NCBI GenBank assembly: GCA_020891255.1
Contig: BQFW01000009.1
Span: 1,364,001-1,428,000 of the forward strand
Reading direction: 5' to 3'
From: Entomortierella parvispora E1425
Lineage: Eukaryota; Fungi; Mortierellomycota
Length of the DNA: 64,000 nt
The notes beneath the pieces are model-generated. The model saw nothing but the letters and a program-made list of their open reading frames with translations. It was not told where the DNA came from and did no database searches. This document shows, one piece after another, positions 56,350 through 64,000 of the stretch (positions are counted from its first letter, which is position 1; the number at the start of each line of letters is the position of its first letter). The translations under genes and the position numbers were made by a program.

Positions 56350-58242
56350 GGCCGATATGGGGTGATCGAGCCGAAAGGGGAGGATGAGAGTACGCCAGGA
56401 ACAGGGTTGGGAGGAGGGCCGAGAACAAGGGTCCTTTTTGGTGTGACAAGAAAGGTCAGGCTGGGAAACAAACGAATAAGACGGGATCTGATTAGAAAGG
56501 AGGGGGAATCAGGAGGCGCGATCCAATGAGCACGATGAGGAGAGCAAGGTGCCAAGATGAATGTGAATGGGATGAGTGAATGGGTGAGAGAGTGGGAGAG
56601 AGAGAGAGAGAAAGGGATGCTGGTGAGAATGAGGATTGCAATTCAGAAATAGAAGGGAAAAGAGGGGCAAGGCTGTGGAGACGGAGGGGTTCAAATACAT
56701 GAGCACTTTTTTTGTCTCGTTGGCCCATGGTCCCACAGGGTGGAATCGACAACACAGAACAATCAGGCGCTTCTTTCTTTTGTTTCCGATGTTGCCATGC
56801 TGTTGGTTTGATAGAATGATGTGGAGCAACAGAAGCAACCAAGCGATCCGTGGGCGAGGGTTGCGGGAACAGTGCAATGCACCTCTTCTCTTCCCCCGTC
56901 CTGCCCATGCTCCCCACAACAGATTCTCCTTCTGGATCCCCTGTTTGCTAGGATTCTTCATGTGCTGAGCGAGAAAGAATGAAAAACTGTCCGTTGCCAT
57001 TGTTTTACTCGTGCTATGTTTTACCGCTTCCTCCTCCCATCGAATGTTACTCATTTGCGCCTATTGGGACCTTATCGTTCCTGCGGGAAAGAAAGGAGCA
57101 GTGACGGTAAGCTTTGGGAAGAAATATACGCCGTCTTGGGCCAGGAGGAAACATGTTCTGGAGGACCGGCAGGAGATGATGGTGGTGATTCAACAATGAC
57201 ATCGGCGCCCCGACACCTCAACAGTGCCTTGTCTTGCTCCGTTTGCGGGCCATGGTGTCGGGGCAAACAAAGCTTATTTGTGTGTCAACGCGAACACGAC
57301 GCGTCGGCACCTTTGTTGCGAAGGTTTGCTCAGATGAAGAGGGATGTGGCCACAAGCCAGCTACTCTGCAAAGGTGGCGACAGGCGGTGGGCGATGGTGT
57401 CATGCTGTGTTGCCAATGGTGTTTGATATTTCCGGTGGGAGGCAATACGACAGTTTAAGAATGGCTTTGCCTTTCTCCACCACCCCCTCTTCAACCTAGT
57501 GAGAGTACAACAAGGTAGCTCCAGGAGGGTCTCCTTGTCTGGACAGGAGAGGACTGAATGCACAGAAGCTTTTTGCTGGACACCTTCTCGACCCAGGATG
57601 TACGGTCCATATCATCTGCAGCCCAAGACGATTGTGATAAGATAAAGACAGAAAGGGAGGAAAGGAGGGAACCTCTGAAGCGACACTCCAGCCCCCAATC
57701 ACAAACGTGTCCATGCACACGCAAACACCGATGATGCAAGGCTCCGACCTTTCTCTTCTTTCTGGGATCAGATGTCCCTGCCCCCACGATCTATCTTGTC
57801 CGAGAGACACAGACAGAAACGGACACAAACACATTGGGACAAGGGACGTGGTAGAAATGTCCAAGGGTCAACATGACCACATCCACGGTCGCACCACAGT
57901 GAATTTGGGCGCATGCAACAGGCGGAGGAAGAGGAGGGAGCAGAGTAGACAAGAGCAAGGGAAAGAGAATCAGGAAGAGAAAGAGAAAAAGAAAGAGAGG
58001 CTTGGAAATGAGCGACATGCCACATCACATTAGGCGATGGACGCCATGTGAGTCCACCTGGGCGGAGCATGAGACCCCTCAATTTGTCTGTTCTGCCAGC
58101 CAGCCAAACCCCACTCACTCCCCACACTCACCTCTCACCTGTCTCAACGGGGACAAAGGATTTTTTTCTCTCTCTCGCGCTCCTCTCTCTCTCTCTCTTT
58201 TCTCTCTTCGTCTTCCCCCAGCCTTCTCATCTCTTCACTCAG

Positions 58243-58330
58243 TCATTCATTCATTCATTCTCTCGCTCACTTTCTCTCGCTCACACACGCACATCCATTC
58301 ATTCATTCATTCATTCATTCATTCACATTC
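58243..58330. repeat. Interrupted (TTCA)n tetranucleotide microsatellite
   Basis: Two runs of tcattcattc at 58243-58260 and about 58296-58330. Confidence 0.8.
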
Positions 58331-59710
58331 ATCTTCATACTTTGATTATATCGCATCGCATCACTCAGCATCGCATTGCTGCACATTCTCTCATTCTTCT
58401 TGACTGCCCAGCCAGTTGAATTCGCATTCAAAGAAGGCAGGAAGCAGCAACACCAGCCACAGCAGCAACAACAGCAGAAGCCATAGCAAACGGTCTTCCT
58501 GCGTTGTCGAACTGGTGAGTTATTCTCCTCTCTGCTCCTCCGCCCCAGAAAAAACACAAACAAAAAAAGCTTTCTTCTGTCCCCGTTGAAAAGCTGCAGT
58601 CGAACAACGCCTTTTCTGTCCTTCTGGGTTCCCTTGCATCGGTCGTTTCATCTTGCTGATCCTGGCTGTCAACACCTTTGATCGTCGCTTTTTCGTAATC
58701 AAAACATATCATTCTATCGCTTTCTTGGCCCTGTCTACCTTCTTGCTCTTTTCCTTGCCCCATCGTGGATGATGTCTCTCTTGTTTCTCTTCTGACAGCA
58801 AATCTCTCATTGTTGACTGGGCTCAGTTGTGTTGTCAACTGTCTGTCATCTGAGCCTTCAAAAAAAAAAATGAACCCTGACTTGAAAATTCACAGCCCAA
58901 AGAGACGAGACCAGCAGACAATGTGCTCCGTGTCCTTTTCCTCTGCCTCCCATGGCTCAAAAAATACTTTTAAAGCTCTTGGAGTCCAGGAAAGCAAAGG
59001 CAACACGGACCAGACCGGAATATGGGATGTGCCATGGATGGTGTGGAGTTTTTTTTTTTTTTTTTGTTGTGCTGGTGGAGGGGAGTGATCTCCCGCCAAA
59101 AAAGACATATATAATTACATGGAGCCACGTACTCGTCTTCACATCTCGTGGATTTGTCACAGCAGCCACACAGGGAGCAGACGAGTGGGCGTGTTATAGC
59201 TTTTTCACTAAGCTTGATTGCCTTCCCTTCAGATCCTGATCATCTCGCAGCCTCCTTTTTTAAGATCCGGAAAGCGACCACAGCAAAGCAGTAAAGAAGC
59301 ATTATCTCTCTGTGCGTTTCCTCTCAATTCCGCCCCTACATGGAGGACCAGAACCAGAGAAAGAATGCGACAGGGAGAAAGAGATGGGGGAAGGAGAGGA
59401 CGAGAAAGTGATAGATGGAGACTTGAGAGAGGTAGACTGAGAGATACATTGAGTGAGCATGTTTGTTGCCATTGCTCAGCCTGCATTGGCGTGCTCTTCG
59501 CATTGGAAAGGGCACGGACACAGGCGACGAGAAAAGGGAGGGAAAGGACGCGGACCTCCTTCTCCTGATTGAACGCAATTTTGTTGTTCGTTGCCCAGCC
59601 ATTGACTGACCACTCTTTGCTTCGTTCCCTCCCTCCTGCACAGGCAATTTTTTTCAACCTACCCTCTTCGATCTCGTCCCTTGTCACCCATTTTCAAGTA
59701 GAGAGGGACC

Positions 59711-60498
59711 ATGTCTGGCCAAGACAACACTGACAATTACACCGAGGATGCACGGAATAACAATTACCGCCATCATCCAAACGAAGGTACAGAACTGGTT
59801 GGACTCGGGGCTGCAGATACCACAACGTTGTTTGCATCAGCTTCCGATGCCTCCTTGACTGCTGAGGCAAAAACAACGCTCAACGCTGCCACCGCCGCAA
59901 ATGGGTCTCCCTCCTCTCCTATTGCCCAAGTGAATGTCCCGCCCTCGTCGTCGACCTCTTCCGCCACTGCAAACTCCTCTTCTCCTTTATCCCAACAACA
60001 ACAACAACAAAATATTCAACAGCATCAACGGCAACACCAACAGCAGCAGCAGCAGCCTCCGTTGACATCACCAAACCTCAAGGCAATGTCTCCACAACCT
60101 CATCAAGCTCCACCCTTGACCCAGTATGGGTCGTCAGCCTCCTCTGCTGGTGGTAATACCCTTGCGGGTGGTGGCAGTAGCGGCGTCTCAGACTTGAAGT
60201 TAAGGCGGTTTCTGGAACACAATCAACGGCTACGAGAGCAACTTGAGATGCGTCGCATCCCTGTGTCGGAGGCTGGCAGAGGGTAGGTCCTTCGCTCTCT
60301 GGGTCTTCTGTTTTTTGTTGATGGGCAACTTCCTTGTGCTAATCCTCTATTTCCTCTTTTTTATTTGCTTGTTTTTTATCATCTAGTCTTATCCAATATG
60401 TCACAAACACGAGGGATGGCCTCTTGCCAACCGTGTGGGGCCCTCCCGACCCTGACCCGTTCGTGAACCCATCCAAGGGATGCTGTACTATTTCCTGA
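59711..60498 (+). CDS. STE18: Heterotrimeric G-protein gamma subunit with long N-terminal extension, ~227 aa, 2 exons
   Basis: Exons 59711-60282 and 60387-60498 give DLKLRRFLEHNQRLREQLEMRRIPVSEAGRG/LIQYVTNTRDGLLPTVWG...DPF...GCCTIS* (GGL domain and CCaaX). Confidence 0.9.
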
Positions 60499-60576
60499 CG
60501 AAAAATATGGAATAAAACTATAATTTTAATAATTTATTCAATCTAAAAGCACTCGTGGAAAACGCGGCAGGTCTCA

Positions 60577-62087
60577 TTGCCCCACCATCGTGTCACGCCC
60601 AGAAAGCATGATCGAACGCGACAAGAGTCAGGACAACAGGAAGGGCGACTGGATGCCGTGCCACCACCGAGACCACTTGCCATTCCAGAACTGTTGCAGT
60701 TAATGTCTCGATTCTTGGACCGACATTCGCTTACCATGTGTCTACGGGTTTGTCGTCAATGGCATGAGGCCGAAAGATTGTCCTCCGCCTCGGAAGTAAC
60801 CTTGCCACTTTTCCAGGTCCGTGTATGGCCCATTTTCCCCGACTCATTGAACTGACAACAGAGCAAGATAGACGGAGCATTCGTTACCGTAAACTCTCTC
60901 CTCTCAACTGGTTCCTCAAACAAAATCTTCCGCCCTTCATTGTGGAACACCGAGCGACCTTGAAAATACTTGTCCTCAACGTGAGCCAGAGTCAGGCCCT
61001 CACCGATGCAACGATGGCTTGCTCGCAACTGGAGTCACTGACCACTCGGCACCCCTGTATGGGTAACAACCAGGATCTGGAGGACTGGATGAACTGGTAC
61101 GAATCTCTCGCGGTTCGTCTAAAGAGCCTTTCCTTCATCGACATGAGCATGGTATCTAACAATATCGACTCGATCATGGACGACGCTATGGATGGGCTTT
61201 TGTCCAAGACCCGTGAGAGCACCCTCCAGAGACTCCAGTTGCAGTCAGAAGGCATCTCTCTGACATCTCTCCGAGTCCTAATGTTGTTGATCATGAAGAG
61301 TCCTGAACTGAGGCATCTTTCTCTGGCCATCCTCCATGACAAAGGAGCCATCACCCGGTTGGCGGAGGCCGTTGAGAAGACCCAGCGTGGGTTGTTTTGT
61401 CAAAAACTAGAATCCCTCTCGATTCAGCATGGGCATTTCAATCTAACGGAGTTCAAACGTGTTATGGACTCCCTGCCGGCGTTAAAGAACCTGTCCCTGT
61501 TTGGGTGTGGAGCGAGTTCCAGCCCAATCGCCCCCTTTTTGACCACCTTGAATCTCCGGAGGCTGAGGGTGGAGGGATGCCCGTGGGCGTCTCCGACAAC
61601 GATTCAGGATTTGCTCTGCTCGATGCCGAGCCTGGAAGTCTTGGCCGTGAATTGTGTTTCGGACCTGGCCATTCAGAAGGACCCTCGACCTTGGGTCTGC
61701 ACAGAGCTGAAGGAGCTGTCGACCGCAATTGAGATCAGTTTGGGTCTTGACGGCATTACTTTGATCCTGGATCGACTTGCAACACTGAGGAGACTCGAAA
61801 CGTTGAATGTGCAGCGAGCGTATTCGTTTACCACAGTGGACGAGATAAACGAATATCAGGACAATGATGTTAATACTAGGGTGCATGAACTGCCATTGAT
61901 GCTGGAATGGGGTCTGGATCGATTGGAAACACTAACACAATTAAGAGTCTTGGGAGTGGACAACGGGCTGACAAAGTGGGGGAAGGATGAGGCACATTGG
62001 GCTCTGGAGAACTGGACCCACTTGATCAGTCTGAATGTTGCCGCGGATGATGAGGCACGTTCCCTTCTGCTCCATCGAATCCCTTGA
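60577..62087 (+). pseudogene. F-box/LRR gene with lost ATG and a frameshifting internal deletion near 60772; LRR part 60825-62087 still open
   Basis: Aligns to the 62224 paralog (PLAIPELL..FLDRHSL.MC.RVCR.WH; DPRPW.CT.LKEL; L..GLD.L.TL.QLR) but lacks about 38 codons and changes frame. TTG stands where the paralog has ATG. Confidence 0.78.
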
Positions 62088-62223
62088 AAAGTAAAAATAA
62101 AAAAGGAGAAATTTGGTGGCGCGTTATGTCAAAGCGCGCGCACGCGCGTTTCCTCTTGTCAGGCGCACAAACGGGACAGGGATTCAAACCATTCTTTCAT
62201 TCATCCATGAGAAAAACTCCAAC

Positions 62224-63813
62224 ATGCCGAAGCATCGACGCTTGAAAGAACCAGAGCAGGACCGACCTTCTCATGGCTCACAACATCAGGATCGACTGGA
62301 TGCCATTTCGCCGCCAAGTCCACTCGCCATCCCAGAGCTTCTGCAATTAGCTTGCCAATTCTTGGACCGACATTCACTTGCCATGTGCGTTCGGGTTTGC
62401 CGTCTTTGGCATCAGGCCTTGGGTGGCCAGCTTTGGAAAGCGGTTGAGAAGTACATAGGGTGCAAACCGCTCGATCGTCAGAAATCCAATGGTCCATCGT
62501 TGTCTCTCATTAGCAAGCATGCGGATTTTATTCAGAACCTCTTCCTGAGAATTCCCATTGGCGACGCCAGATTTCCTGGTAAAAGTCCGATACACTGCTC
62601 TCGCATCACAGAGCTAACGGTTGACTCAGTCGGACACCTGGAAGTCGGTCATATCCGTCGGCATCTCGATCATGGCCTCTCAACTTTTATCGAAGAACAT
62701 CAAGCCAGCTTGAAAAAGTTGGTTCTTCATGTGAGCCCAAGCAAGGCCCTCACCGATGCAGTGACGAGCTGCTCACGCTTAGAGTCACTGGTGACTCGTT
62801 TACCAGATTCAGAAGAGGACCTTGACTGGATCGACTGGTACAGATCGTGTGGATCCCGTCTGCAGAGTCTCGCGTTGGTTTCAAGGACATCGGGCGATTT
62901 CACAACGTCCTTCCGCAACAGTGCCGCCATTTTCGACACCCTGGACGAGCTCCTAAGCAGGGTCCCAGCAGCCACTCTCCAGAGCCTTGAACTGGAGGCA
63001 GGATGCCCCACTTTGTCTTCCCTCCAAGGTCAACTGTTGTTGGTGATGAAGAGTCCAGAATTAAAGCGGCTCTCCTGGCCCGGCACAAGTACAATCCCCA
63101 TACTGGCCAAAGCCTTTAAGAGAAGTCGTCACGGATTATTTTGTCAGGAACTGGAGTCGCTAGCAATACGGGGCGGGAAATTCACTGCCATGGATTTGAA
63201 ATGCATTATAGAGTCCCTTCCAGCTTTGGTGGATCTGGATCTGAAGTGGAGCATGGGCGATTCAACTCCCTGTCAATATTCACCCTTTTTTATTCACCTT
63301 GGGCTCCGGAGACTTAGGATCGATGGAAGCCAATGGGCGACTTCGACTGTGGTCCATGATCTACTCTGCTCAATGCCGAGTCTGGAGGTCATGATTGCGA
63401 ACGAGGTGTTGGACACAACCATCCTGGAGGACCCTCGACCCTGGATCTGCACAGGCCTGAAAGAGCTAATGATTCTGTTCCGTTTCCTTTCAGGCGACGA
63501 AGGCGAGACTTTGATTTTGAACCGACTCTGTCAGCTAAAAGGGCTTGAGAAGCTAAGCTTGCAGGCGGAGCTCAGGTTGTTGTTACCACCTACCTGGAAC
63601 GACGGTCATTTACGATTTCGGTTAGACCATGGTCTTGATCAGTTAAAGACGTTGAGGCAACTGCGAATATTTGAGGCTGGACATGCTCTGCCATGGAGGG
63701 AATCCGAGGCGCTGTGGGCGCTAGAGAACTGGACTCAATTGAGAGAGATTGATATCAAGATGGATGCCAGCGCACAACAGCTTTTGGGCCACCGACTGAA
63801 AGTGAAGGCATGA
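62224..63813 (+). CDS. F-box/LRR-like protein (529 aa), intronless
   Basis: PSPLAIPELLQLACQFLDRHSLAMCVRVCRLWHQAL F-box-like motif, LRR-like repeats, PRPWICTGLKEL, LDHGLDQLKTLRQLR. Confidence 0.85.
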   Translation: MPKHRRLKEPEQDRPSHGSQHQDRLDAISPPSPLAIPELLQLACQFLDRHSLAMCVRVCRLWHQALGGQLWKAVEKYIGCKPLDRQKSNGPSLSLISKHADFIQNLFLRIPIGDARFPGKSPIHCSRITELTVDSVGHLEVGHIRRHLDHGLSTFIEEHQASLKKLVLHVSPSKALTDAVTSCSRLESLVTRLPDSEEDLDWIDWYRSCGSRLQSLALVSRTSGDFTTSFRNSAAIFDTLDELLSRVPAATLQSLELEAGCPTLSSLQGQLLLVMKSPELKRLSWPGTSTIPILAKAFKRSRHGLFCQELESLAIRGGKFTAMDLKCIIESLPALVDLDLKWSMGDSTPCQYSPFFIHLGLRRLRIDGSQWATSTVVHDLLCSMPSLEVMIANEVLDTTILEDPRPWICTGLKELMILFRFLSGDEGETLILNRLCQLKGLEKLSLQAELRLLLPPTWNDGHLRFRLDHGLDQLKTLRQLRIFEAGHALPWRESEALWALENWTQLREIDIKMDASAQQLLGHRLKVKA

Positions 63814-64000
63814 TATAGAATCGTCAAATAATTTCAATAAACAGAACCACAACAGAAACAACAGCAAAAAGATCATAGGGAAGGGAGATAACTCAACTCA
63901 GTTCTTTCAAGCAGTGGATACAATTGGTGCGAAAGAGTAAATGAAGATAACCCCGGAACGGCAACAATGGTATGAATAAGGGAAAGTTGGGGCACACGAT

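Noticed and set aside
56400-59700. Cys-, Ser- and His-rich short ORFs between the 56349 gene and G-gamma
   Set aside because: They arise from microsatellites and CT-rich tracts in a divergent promoter/UTR region and show no domain or codon signal.
46314-62087. Frameshifts as a general assembly-quality problem
   Set aside because: The conserved genes I traced are intact and two lesions are multi-base deletions, so a global error rate is unlikely. The single-base events still need read checks.
39625-63813. SKP1 near four F-box genes as a possible SCF gene cluster
   Set aside because: They are separated by unrelated genes, and F-box/LRR genes are very numerous in this fungal group, so proximity is expected by chance.

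Overview
Eukaryotic, intron-containing fungal DNA, most likely Mortierellaceae (Mortierellomycota). This is inferred from the gene families present (CotH, DUF4246, expanded F-box/LRR and FAD-monooxygenase families), not from a search. The window holds about 25 protein-coding loci. Conserved genes include AP-1 mu, Scw1/Whi3-like RRM protein, an amino-acid permease, Mam33, a lipase, Skp1, Ydj1, an AAA ATPase, a FAM210-like protein and a G-protein gamma subunit; the ones I traced splice without lesions. Lineage-expanded families carry frameshifts or deletions. Three things stand out. (1) A 2.75-kb RT-less non-LTR retroelement (coiled-coil + RNase H + zinc knuckle, poly(A) tail) lies head-to-head about 88 bp upstream of a tRNA-Asn gene. 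It sits inside four serial copies of one target motif ending in an L1-type TTT/AA nick site, which suggests repeated, TRE5-like tRNA-proximal targeting. (2) A 1,782-aa receptor-like pseudokinase (signal peptide, ectodomain, ~225-aa Gly/Ser linker, TM, degenerate kinase) lies directly upstream of a GPI-anchored CotH kinase. (3) A secreted precursor ends in a 28-aa Trp/Arg/Gly cationic peptide and shares a PxNYGN motif with its divergent neighbour. Exon boundaries were traced by eye; no database searches were run.
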